Origin: Phyllobates terribilis
Lineage: Eukaryota
DNA: 64,000 bases
Direction of reading: 5' to 3'
Assembly: GCF_046119375.1 (NCBI RefSeq)
Contig: NW_027362769.1
Location: 174,034,001 to 174,098,000, forward strand
Part shown: positions 1 to 29,720 of the stretch, in pieces
How the letters are laid out: the number at the start of each line of letters is the position of its first letter
Numbering within the stretch: position 1 is the stretch's first letter
Translations under genes and position numbers: made by a program
The notes under the pieces: generated by a model
What the model was told of the DNA's origin: nothing
What the model saw: only the letters and a program-made list of their open reading frames with translations
The model's database searches: none

Positions 1-771
1 ATACTGTCCCAATCTTATGGAGCATCGCATTTTGGTGTTGTAGGATGTGTGAGGATGCAGGACGTCATGTCTCTTACTGATTTCCCTGGCTGTCAGGCAA
101 CGCAGGATGCTGCTTTGTCTGGCACCAAGCAGTGGTGGAATTATGTTCAGTCTGCTGCTGAAGCTAGCAGGGAGTGGCTGTCTGGGGATGATTGGGAGGT
201 AATCAACACCTGATCATTAGGCGGGCTATTTAATCCTGCTCACTGCTCAGTTCTTTGCTGTTTATTGCAGTTCCTGTGTGCTGTGGTGGTGAGTGGTGCT
301 AGCATTAGTGTTGCTATCTTTTCAGGGGTTTTCTCATTTTCTCTTCTGGTTACACTTCCTGGGGTTCTTGCAGAGGTACTTACCTGGTCATTGATTAGGC
401 ACCAGCCGCGTCACCAGACACCAGCTGTACGACGACAATGGGTCTGAGAAGGGCTCTGCCAAAGTCCCCCTTCCACTTACTGTGAGCTGGGTGAAGAGTA
501 TTGCCGGCCCTCAAGGGCTCGCCTAGCTGGGCAGCTTCTGCCAAGTGCGTATGTGTCTGCAACTTTGCTGGTTTGCTGCCAGTCTTTTTGGGTCCCCTCT
601 GCAAAGCGCATAACAGAATAAACAGCCATATATAAAGGTGCATCTCACTAAATTAGAATATCATCAAAAAGTTAATTTATTTCAGTTTTTCAAAACAAAA
701 AGTGAAGCTTACATATTATATATATGTGGCACCCCAGGGGTCTGGTTTCCACAGTAACAAGCAATGTTATG

Positions 772-1227
772 TGACCCAAAACACACTTCCAAAAGCACTA
801 TAAAATGGTTTTAGAGAAAGCACTGGAGACTTCTAAGGTGGCCAGCAATGAGTCCAGACCTGAATCCCATAGAACACCTGTGGAGAGATCTCAAAATGGC
901 AGTTTGGAGAAGGCACCCTTCAAATATCAGGGACCTGGAGCAGTTTGCCAAAGAAGAATGGTCTACAATTCCAGCAGAGCATTGTAAGAAACTCACTGAT
1001 GGTTACCGGAAGAGGTTGTTCGCAGTTATTTTGGCTAAAGGTTGTGCAACCAAGTATTAGGCTGAGGGTGCCAATACTTTTGTCTGGCCCATTTTTGGAG
1101 TTTTGTGTGAAATGATCAATAATTAGATTTTTGCTTCATTCTCTTTTGTGTTTTTTCCTTGCAAGCAAATTAAATGAAGATAATAAGACCAAAGAATTTG
1201 TGATTGCAATCATTTTCAGAAAGAAAA
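772..1227 (+). mobile_element. Fragment (transposase C-terminus plus partial right TIR) of the same Tc1 family as 14299-15934
   Basis: About 10 mismatches in ~455 bp against ~15425-15880; ORF 848-1060 reads [12 protein letters not shown]...KGCATKY. Confidence 0.9.
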
Positions 1228-1341
1228 CGCCTAGCTGGGCAGCTTCTGCCAAGTGCGTATGTGTCTGCAACTTTGCTGGTTTGCTGCCAGTCTTTTTGGG
1301 TCCCTCTACAAAGCGCATAACAGAATAAACAGCCATATATA

Positions 1342-4300
1342 AAGGTGCATCTCACTAAATTAGAATATCATCAAAAAGTTAATTTATTTCAGTTTTTCAA
1401 AACAAAAAGTGAAGCTTACATATTATATATAGTCATTACAAACAGAGTGATCTTTTTCTAGTGTTTATTTCTGTTAATGTTGATGATTATGGCTTACGGC
1501 CAATGAAAACAAAAGTCGTTATCTCAGTAAATTAAAATAATTAACAAAAAACACCTGCAAAGGCTTACTAAACATTTATAAAGGTCCCTTAGTCTGTTTC
1601 AGTAGGCTCCACAATCATAGGGAAGACTGCTGACGTGACAGATGTCCAGAAGGCAGTCATTGACACACTCCACAAGGTCCCAGGGTGTGGAGGAAGAGTG
1701 GAGAGGCCACAATCCAAGCTGCTGGAGGTCTAGTGTGAAGTTTCCACAATCAGTGATGGTTTGGGGGCCATGTCATCTGCTGGTGGAGGTCCACTGGGTT
1801 TTATCAAGACCAAAGTCAGCGCCGCCGTCTACCAGGACATTTTACAGCACTTCATGCTTCCCTCTGCCGACAAGCTTTATGGAGATGGAAATATCATTCT
1901 CCAGCAGGACTTGGCCCCTGTCCACACTGCCAAAAGTACCAATACCTGGTTTACACACAACAGTATCACTGTGCTTGATGGGCAGCAAACTCGCCTGACC
2001 TTAACCCCATAGAGAATCTATTATAGAGAATCTATGGGGTATTGTCAAGAGGAAGATGAGAGACCCCAGACCCAACAATGCAGATGAGCTGAAGGCTGCT
2101 ATCAAAGCAACCTGGGCTTCCATAACCCCTCAGCAGGGCCACAGGCTGATCGCTCCATGCCACATTGATGCAGTAATTGATGCACAAGGAGCCGACCAAG
2201 TATTGAGGGCATTTACTGAACAGACATTTCGGATTTTAAAAACATTTTTCAAGCTGTTGTTATAAAGTATTCTAATTTACTGAGATAATGACTTTTGTGT
2301 TTTCATTGGCTGTAAGCCATAATCATCAACATTAACAGAAATAAACACGTGAAATAGATCACTCTGTGTAATGACTCTATATAATAGATCCCTCTGTGTG
2401 TAATGACTCTATATAATAGATCCCTCTGTGTGTAATGACTCTATATAATAGATCCCTCTGTGTGTAATGACTCTATATAATAGATCCCTCTGTGTGTAAT
2501 GACTCCATATAATAGATCCCTCTGTGTGTAATGACTCTATATAATAGATCCCTCTGCGTGTAATGACTCTATATAATAGATCCCTCTGTGTGTAATGACT
2601 CTATATAATAGATCACTCTGTGTGTAATGACTCTATATAATAGATCCCTCTGTGTGTAATGACTCTATATAATAGATCACGCTGCGTGTAATGACTCTAT
2701 ATAATAGATCCCTCTGCGTGTAATGACTATATAATAGATCGCTCTGCGTGTAATGACTCTATATAATAGATCGCTCTGCGTGTAATGACTCTATATAATA
2801 GATCGCTCTGTGTGTAATGACTCTATATAATAGATCCCTCTGTGTGTAATGACTCTATATAATAGATCACTCTGTGTGTAATGACTCTATATAATAGATC
2901 CTTCTGTGTGTAATGACTATATAATAGATCCCTCTGTGTGTAATGACTCTATATAATAGATCCCTCTGTGTGTAATGTCTCTATATAATAGATCCCTCTG
3001 TGTGTAATGACTCTATATAATAGATCCCTCTGTGTGTAATGACTCTATATAATAGATCCCTCTGTGTGTAATGACTCTATATAATAGATTGCTCTGTGTG
3101 TAATGACTCTATGTAATAGATCCCTCTGTGTGTAATGACTCTATATAATAGATCCCTCTGTGTGTAATGACTCTATATAATAGATCCCTCTGTGTGTAAT
3201 AACTCTATATAATAGATCGCTCTGTGTGTAATGACTCTATATAATAGATCCCTCTGTGTGTAATGACTCTATATAATAGATCCCTCTGTGTGTAATGACT
3301 CTATATAATAGATCGCTCTGTGTGTAATGACTCTATATAATAGATCCCTCTGTGTCTAATGACTCTATATAATAGATCACTCTGTGTCTAATGACTCTAT
3401 ATAATAGATCACTCTGTGTCTAATGACTCTATATAATAGATCCCTCTGTGTCTAATGACTCTATATAATAGATCCCTCTGTGTGTAATGACTCTATATAA
3501 TAGATTCCTCTGTGTTTAATGACTCTATATAATAGATTCCTCTGTGTGTAATGACTCTATATAATAGATCGCTCTGTGTGTAATGTCTCTATATAATAGA
3601 TCACTCTGTGTGTAATGACTCTATATAATAGATCCATCTGTGTGTAATGACTCTATATAATAGATCCCTGTGTGTGTAATGACTATATAATAGATCCCTC
3701 TGTGTGTAATGACTCTATATAATAGATCCCTCTGTGTGTAATGACTCTATATAATAGATCCCTCTGCGTGTAATGACTTTATATAATAGATCCCTCTGTG
3801 TGTAATGACTCTATATAATAGATCCCTCTGCGTGTAATGACTCTATATAATAGATCCCTCTGTGTGTAATGACTCTATATAATAGATCCCTCTGTGTGTA
3901 ATGACTCTATATAATAGATCCCTCTGTGTGTAATGACTATATAATAGATCCCTCTGTGTGTAATGACTCTATATAATAGATCCTTCTGTGTGTAATGACT
4001 CTATATAATAGATCCCTCTGAGTGTAATGACTCTATATAATAGATCCCTCTGTGTGTAATAACTCTATATAATAGATCCCTCTGTGTGTAATTACTCTAT
4101 ATAATAGATCCCTCTGTGTGTAATGACTCTATATAATAGATCCCTCTGTGTGTAATGACTCTATATAATAGATCCCTCTGTGTGTAATGACTCTATATAA
4201 TAGATCCCTCTGTGTGTAATAACTCTATATAATAGATCCCTCTGTGTGTAATGACTCTATATAATAGATCACTCTGTGTGTAATGACTCTATATAATAGA

Positions 4301-4505
4301 TCCCTCTGTGTGTAATGACTCTATATAATAGATCCCTCTGTGTGTAATGACTCTATATAATAGATCCCTCTGTGTGTAATGACTCTATATAATAGATCCC
4401 TCTGTGTGTAATGACTCTATATAATATAGGAGCTTCACTTTTTATATTGAAGAACTGAAATAAATTAACTTTTTGATGATGTTCTAATTTAGTGAGATGC
4501 ACCTG
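1342..4505 (+). mobile_element. Internally deleted Tc1-like DNA transposon with long TIRs; the right TIR is expanded by a satellite
   Basis: Left end (a)AGGTGCATCTCACTAAATTAGAA after TA; right end TTCTAATTTAGTGAGATGCACCTG at 4505. Transposase fragments VMVWG, QQDLAPVHTAK, NADELKAAIKATW. An extra copy of the left end starts at 635. Confidence 0.88.
2354..4426. repeat. 32-bp tandem array GATCCCTCTGTGTGTAATGACTCTATATAATA, about 65 copies
   Basis: Directly visible, highly homogeneous; embedded in the right TIR of the Tc1 element. Confidence 0.97.
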
Positions 4506-4578
4506 TGTGTGTATACACATATATAATAATAAATAATATATATATTATTATATATATATATATATATTTTTTTAAAAT

Positions 4579-7500
4579 ATGGATCCGGTCAAGCAGCTTA
4601 CTGACCAGATGCAGAGTCTTCTGGGAATGTTCCAGGATTTGGCGGGCACCATGAACCAGCACAGTCAGACCCTGGCTCAGAGATTTCTCCCCAACACAGG
4701 CGAGTTCTAACCCCAGTCCTGCTGAGGGGGTCATTCATATAGAACCTAAGGTGCCCCTGACAGATTTTTTGGAGGGAGATCGGAAACTATTTAATAATTT
4801 TAAGAAAAGGTGCAAATTATATTTCCAACTTCGCCCTGTCTCCTCCGGGAATGAAGGTACTTGGGTAGGTCTTGTTATTTCCCTTCTTAGAGGGGATCCT
4901 CAGGCTTGGGCATTTTCATTACCCTCATACTTTCGTCTGTGGATTCATTTTTTAAGACTATGGGGCAGATTTATGATGAACCAGACCAGGTGGCCTTAGC
5001 TGAATCCCATCTTAAGGCATTGTATCAGCAGGACCTTACTGCGGAGGACTACTGCTCCCATCCCAGGGAGAACCCATGCAGCTTAGTGGAGTTGGTACCT
5101 CTCAGGAGTCAAGGCTGCAAAGATGGCGTCGGTGACAGTGTCTTTTATGTAGTTCCTCGCGCCATCTGGTTCGTGAGTGTCCACATCTGGAGCCGGCGGG
5201 AAACGACCACACCTAGCTGGGTTTGGGGATCCCCAGTTAGGCGCTCATGTACCCCTAGCACAGAAATTACTGTTAGCTATTGTCATCACGTTTAGCAGTA
5301 GGAGTGTGGAGGGTTATGCTTTTGTTGACTGCGGAGCTGAGATAATTTTTTTAAATGCTTTCGTGGCCAAGGAGTTGGAGGTACATCTTATCTCCTTGGA
5401 TGCTTCTATACATTATCTTCTCTTGATAACTCTCCCCTTGCCCAGAGTATTGGGTATCGCACCGCTGAACCGGTATCTACCACCACTGGTTATCTGCATA
5501 AGGAAGACGCATGCCTTTTTATTTTACAGGATCTTCCTACTGCTGTGGTGTTAGGTCTCCCTTGGCTTCGCACTCATATCCCTATTATTGGCTGGCAAAG
5601 GGGGGATAATGTTAAGTGGTCCTCTAACTGCCAAACCCTTTGCATTATCAAGCCTCCTAAAGTAGTAAGTTCTACCTCCCAGGTCCCGTGGTATGTGGCA
5701 GAATTCCCATAGGTGTTCTCCAAAGAGGCCTCCCAGAAATTACCTCCACATAGAGCTTATGACCGTTCCATCAAGATCATTGAGTGGGCAAAGTTGCCTA
5801 AGGGCAGAATTTGAAGAATGGGTTTATCCGCCCTTCTAATTCCCGGTTGGAGCAGGGTTATTTTTTGTGGCCAAAAAGGATGGTGGCTTGAGACCGTGTA
5901 TTGACTATCATGAGCTCAATCGCATAACTATACGTAATCAGTACCCTCTTCGACTCATCCCTGACCTCTTTAACCAACTGGTGGGGGAAAGTTGGTTTAC
6001 TAAGCTGGATCTCCGAGGGGCTTACAATCTTGTCTGCATCAAGGAGGGGGATGAGTGGAAAATGGCCTTCAATATCCCTGAGGGTCATTATGAGTATTGT
6101 GTCATGCCCTTTGGGCTCTGTTAATGCACCAGCTATGCTTCAGATGCTTGTAAATGATATTTTCCATGATCTTTTGGGTATTTGTGTTATTGTTTACATC
6201 GATAACATCCTCATCTTCTCCAGTGACTTGGCTGCACATAGTGACCATATATGCGCACCGTCCTGAAAAGATTGAAGGATCATTATTGTGAAGACCCAGG
6301 GTCTTCCGTGTGCATAACGCTACTCAGACAATACAGGGTGAGGGTAAAACAGCGTGGCAATACTATATTGAACCACAAAGCGGACAATAAACACACAGAA
6401 CAGTCCCAGCAAATACCCAAGATGGTACAACATTACACAGTCTCACCCTTCCTTCTCTGTCCGCCTGGGATAGAACAGCTGCAACTTTGGAGACTTCTAG
6501 GGCCGACTACCTCAACCAGTGGCCCCCCACTTCTGGTGGGCCCCCACAGAGAAGAGGTAGCTGTAAGCTTAGGAAGCTAACAGTCCATCGAGGTACAAGA
6601 CCAGGAGACCCGAGGGTCCCAACCTGGCCTCTGCGAGAGTTTCTGTGGGTTGCAGGCGACCGGTGGGTCCCTCCTGGCAGCCCCAAACAACATATCCATG
6701 GGGCCAGGTGACGGAGAAGATCCATATCTTTCCAGTCAGGGCCGTACCCTTAGGCTAGAATCATGTAAAATACAATTCTGTGTCTCTTTGGGTAATGCCA
6801 TGCAATCCATCTGCTGTCCTGAAGGATGTCTCTCATTCTCCTTGTAAAGTCTTTGAGATGCTCCTTGATTCTCTGTCCCAAGTCTGACTGCTACAGAAGT
6901 ACATGTCCTTTTTAAGTACACATCCACAGGTCAAGAGATAAAGGTGCAGGGCTCAGCTATCATTGTTTTAGCTAATCTATTTACATAGTTGGTATCACAG
7001 GGGCTGTTGTAAATAGCCATCTAGCTGGCTTTTAGTACAATTGGTCATTATCATAGTAAACATGATTGTTTCCAAAGGAATAGAATTCAACATTCAGGGT
7101 TATACAAATACTTATCTGTTCTTATTGACAAGACAGAAATACACAAAGATAATAGAGTATTTCCCTTGGATTAACAAATCTAAATGTCTGGCTTTTTAAG
7201 ATTTTAGGCTGTATTGTCACAATTCTCTTTATGTCAAAAAAAGAAAAAATGTGTTTTCAAAGTGCAGGAGTTGGGATTCCTGGGACTCATTCTGTCCCCC
7301 ACGGGGTTTCGGATGGATCCCGAGAAAGTGAGGGCGGTGTTGGAATGGGCTTAACCGGTAAACCACAAGGGATTGCAGCATTTTTGGGGGTTTGTCAATT
7401 ATTACCGGAGGTTTATTAAGGGGTTTTCCAAGGTGGTGAAACCTCTCTCCAATCTTACCCATGAGGGGACAGACATGTCTAATGGCCTCAATAGACTGGA

Positions 7501-9350
7501 GGGCATTGAGGCCTTTAATACACTTTAGAAGGCCTTTTCCACCGCTGCAGTTTTGGTCCAGCCTGATGTCAATAGGCCTTTTGTGGTGGAAGTGGATGCC
7601 TCTGAGGCAGGGGTGGGAGCGGTGCTCTCCCAGGGTTCCACCACTCTAACACATTTGAGGACTTGTGAGCTTTTTTCTCGTAAATTCTGTCCTCCAGAGC
7701 TCAATTGTGATATTTTCAATTGTGAACTTCTTGCCATAAAGTTAGCTCTGGAAGAGTGGAGGCATCTCCTTGAGGGAGAAAAGCACCCATTCGTGGTGCT
7801 TACTGACCATAAGAATCTGTTTTTTTACAGAATGCTAAGATACTGAACTCGAGACAAACCCGATGGGCCTTTTTTTTTTACCAGATTCAATTTTTTCGAT
7901 CTCTTACCTCCCTGGGACCAAGAATGTTCGGGCAGATGCTCTCTCAGAGTCTTTGTCCTAGTGAGTCTGAAATTACGGAACTTGATTTAATTCTTTCTAG
8001 GGGCATTGTAGTCTCTTCTGTCAATGTGGGAGATGGGTAAGGCTCAGGGGATGGCTCCGTCCAGCACACCTCATGATAAATTATTAGTTCCGGTGCAGTT
8101 GCGGTTGGACTTACTCAGTGTCATGACTCGATCACAGCGGAACACGCAGGCATTAAGAGGGGACTTGTCACCTGTTGAGCAGAAAGTATTGGTGGCCGTC
8201 CTTGGTTGGGTAAGGATGTTGAAGCTTATGTTAAGACATGCGAGATCTGTGCCAGGAGCAAGGTGCCTGGCGTTGCCCCGGCTTGGAAACTTCTCCCTTT
8301 GCCAATTCCTGTAGGTCCTTAGTTACACATATCCATAGACTTCATTACGGATCTCCCTGCCTCCAAGGGTATGACTACGGTGTGGGTTATTGTGGACCGA
8401 TTTTCTAAACAATACCATTTGGTTCCTTTGGCTCAGTTGCCAAGTACGCAGGACTAAGTAGATTTTTTCCTTGTTCAGGTGGTAATATTACTTGGGGTTC
8501 CTATGAATATTGTCTCTGATCGCCGGTCCCAGTTTGTCTCCAGATTCTGGAGGGCTTTCTGTAAACGCCTCGGGTCGGAACTCTCGTTTTCATCAGCATA
8601 CCATCCACAAACTAATGGGCAAATGGAGCGAACCAACCAGTGTCTTGAGTCCTATCTAAGATGTTTTTGCTCCCATACTCAGCATGATTGGGGATCATAC
8701 TTAGCATTGGTAGAGTTCGCCCTAAACAATAGACAGCACGAGGGCTTGGGAATGTCTCCCTTCTTCTATAATCTAGGTCTCCTTGTTTTAATGGAAGGGA
8801 TGATGTCCTTACGGCGGTCTCTGCTACTATCCATCACATCTGGAAGGTTTGGAAGGAAGCCATGTCCATCTCAAGAAATCAGGGGAGAGCATGAAGAGGC
8901 AGGCTGATAAGGTTGCAAACTCAGAATGGGGGACAGAGTTTGGGTGTCTACTAAGAATTTCCAGATTAAGGTATCATCTCCTAAGCTCGTACCCAGGTTT
9001 ATAGGACCATTTCCCATTATCGAGGTTGTCAATAAAGTGGCTTTTCAGGTAGGCCTGCCTTCCTCTATGCAGGTTCCCAATGTTTTTCACAAGACATTAT
9101 TAAAGAAGGTGGTTACCCCACTTGTGACCCAGTATCCTACTCCTTCTAATCTGGTAGATAATACTGAGGAGGTTGAGATAGAATGTATTGTGGACTCTCG
9201 TAGAGTTTGGAACTCCATTCAGTATTTGATTCATTGGAAGGGATACGGTCCTGAGGAGAGGTCCTGGGTCTCGAGAGGTAATATACATGCCAATCGTCTC
9301 ATCACTGAGTTCCATAAGAGATTTCCAGACAAGGTGGGTGGTGAGAGACT
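4579..9350 (+). pseudogene. Disrupted gag-pol (gag, protease, RT, RNase H, integrase, chromodomain) of the chromovirus
   Basis: Domains in Gypsy order spread over many short ORFs (4751, 5177, 5867, 6030, 7553, 8479, 8926) with stops and frameshifts; RT is split by the 6287-7221 insertion. Confidence 0.9.
6287..7221. mobile_element. Solo LTR (935 bp) inserted in the chromovirus RT
   Basis: TG...CA termini; flanks ATTAT (6282-6286) and ATTCT (7222-7226) form a 5-bp TSD with one mismatch. Removing the insert restores the RT reading LKDHSLYVKKEK. Confidence 0.8.
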
Positions 9351-9377
9351 GGAGGTCTCTCCTAGGGAGGGGGGAAC

Positions 9378-10078
9378 TGTAAGGAATCGTAGTTCTGTGC
9401 TCCCACCTGGGAATGGAGCAGGTCCAGTGCTACGCTACTCCAGTCGCAGGCGCCGCCATTGTCCTGACCCTGGAGGCAGAGCTGCTACACGTGCACGGAG
9501 ACTCTCCCAATCTTATGGAGCATTGCGTTCTGGTGTTGCAGGATGTGTGAGGACGCAGGACATCGTGTCTCTCACTGATTTTCCCGGTTGCCAGGCAACG
9601 CAGGACACTGCTTTGTCTGGCACTAAGCAGTGGTGGAATTAGCTGTCTGGAGATGATTGGGAGGTATTCAACATCTAATCATTAGGCAGGCTATTTAATC
9701 CTGCTCCCTGCTCAGTCATTTGCTGTTAATTACAGTTCCTATGTACTTGGTGGTGAGTGGTGCTAGCATTAGTGTTGCTATCTTTTCAGGGGTTTTCTCA
9801 TTTTCTCTTCTGGTTACACTTCCTGGGGTTCTTGCAGAGGTACTCACCTGGTTCTTGACTAAGCACCAGCCGCATCACCAGACTCCTGTTGTCCAGCTAC
9901 AGTGGGCTTGGGAAGGGCTCTGACAAAAGCCCCCTTTCATTTACTGGGAGCTGGGTGTAGAGTATTTCCGGCACTCAAGGGCTCGCCTAGCTGGGAAGCT
10001 TCTACCACGTGCGTCTGTGGCTGCGCCTTTGCTGGTTTGGTGCTAGTCTTGCTGGGTCCCGCTGCACAGCGCATAACA
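9378..10078 (+). repeat. 3' LTR of the chromovirus (701 bp)
   Basis: Starts TGT directly after the PPT and ends GCATAACA like the 5' LTR at 615; lacks a ~34-bp segment that the 5' LTR has. Confidence 0.88.
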
Positions 10079-11318
10079 AATAGTGTATGAAAATAATATA
10101 GGGTACTTAGTTAACATAATTTTGATAAAAAAAACTTAAAAGCCATCCCACCACGTGATGGTGACCCTAATCGGGACGGTCCTAACATCTAGTATTAAAA
10201 TCTTACGATGTGTCAAATGACGTAATGTGAATAAGGGCTGAGAAGAACTGAGACCCGGCTAATGGACACGCAGTCATGGGGAACTATATGAATGTAATGT
10301 CCAGCTCAAGGAAAAGGGAAGCCATACAGAGTGCAAAAATAAAAACATAAAGAGATGAACTGGAATAAATGTTTTTTTTTTTTCAAAATTATGTTAATTA
10401 AGCACCCTGTATTATTTTCATGCACTATTGCTATTTATTTATTGCAGGGTATTTGCTTATTTTCGCTTTTATCTTAGGTTTTGAACTTGAACATGTAAGT
10501 GTATACCGTATGTAAGGCTGTGTTCTCAGGTTTTGTAACTAATGTCTTTTTCCTGTTGCAGATTTATTGTGCAAAACATTTGCTGCATATAATAATTGAA
10601 GCAAAGTGGATGTGGTTTCGTGAATACTCAAGCCCATTCTGCATTTAAAAACACTGTTGAATTGAATCCTCTGATGCATTTTTCCCCTATAGGGTTTTAT
10701 AAGGAACGTGAAAAAAGTACACACAAAAAAATGCAGTTGTGTTTTTAAGCGAAGAATTCCAGTGTTTCTACATTTAAAATCTGCTGCATCGAATTTGCAC
10801 CAAAAAAGGGGAACATGCATAAAATAAGCTGCAAAAATGCAATATTCATAGCAGACTGCTACTGCGTATTTTGGTGCGGACACCTACAAAAAAATGCAGC
10901 TGAAAAAAAATCAGCGTTTTTTATATGTTGGAAAATTACTTAACATAGGGATTGGGGGAAGGAACTCCTGTTAATCATTCTGGGCTGGAGTCACACAAGT
11001 TTGGAAAGTTTTTAATAATGTGAATTCCTCGTCTGACTTTGCTGTAAGAAAGCTGGGTGACTACCTCCATGATAGCTGTGGTGGACGGTTGCTCCATGAG
11101 AAAAGCTGGGTGACAACCATCCCTATCGGACATGTAATGGCAGCCACATTGCTTCTCGACAAACTTTTCCTGAAACTTTCCTCTTCCCTGGACTTGTAAT
11201 AGGAAGGGTTAAGAGTTACACAACGCTCCTTATAATAGTGAGCCCAGGGGTGGACTCAGGAGGCAGGTTGTTTGGTATTAATATGTGGGTGTAGAGAGGA
11301 AACAATCAGTCCTGTAAG

Positions 11319-29511
<18,193 letters not shown>

Positions 29512-29720
29512 TATTGATGAGAAAATAAAAATGTCTGTAAATTATTTGATCCCGGAGAGAGAGGATCTGAACACAAATGATGGAGGATTTCATTACTGGG
29601 ATGAGGATCAGCGTGGAAACCGGACGACTGCGCACAGAGGAGGCGAAAGTAACAAGACCGTGACCGCTCCACGTCCCAGGGAGTCATCTATAGAGGGGAA
29701 CCAGCCAGGATGTGTATATA

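Larger units (their letters stand above)
1..10078 (+). mobile_element. Degenerate Ty3/Gypsy chromovirus (Tf1/sushi-like) LTR retrotransposon carrying nested insertions; 5' LTR runs off the window start
   Basis: Homologous LTRs at 1-615 and 9378-10078 (TGT...ACA; roughly 85 percent identity by eye). Polypurine tract at 9364-9377. Gag from ATG 4579 (EPKVPL..LYFQL..LLRGDPQAWAF), protease VDCGA near 5325, RT ([27 protein letters not shown]), RNase H ([15 protein letters not shown]), integrase ([18 protein letters not shown]), chromodomain (QYLIHWKGYGPEERSW). Confidence 0.93.

Noticed and set aside
10990-11240. Specific HNF4/NF-kB sites and a TATA box for the CYP27A1 promoter
   Set aside because: Only short partial matches expected by chance; the TSS is unknown.
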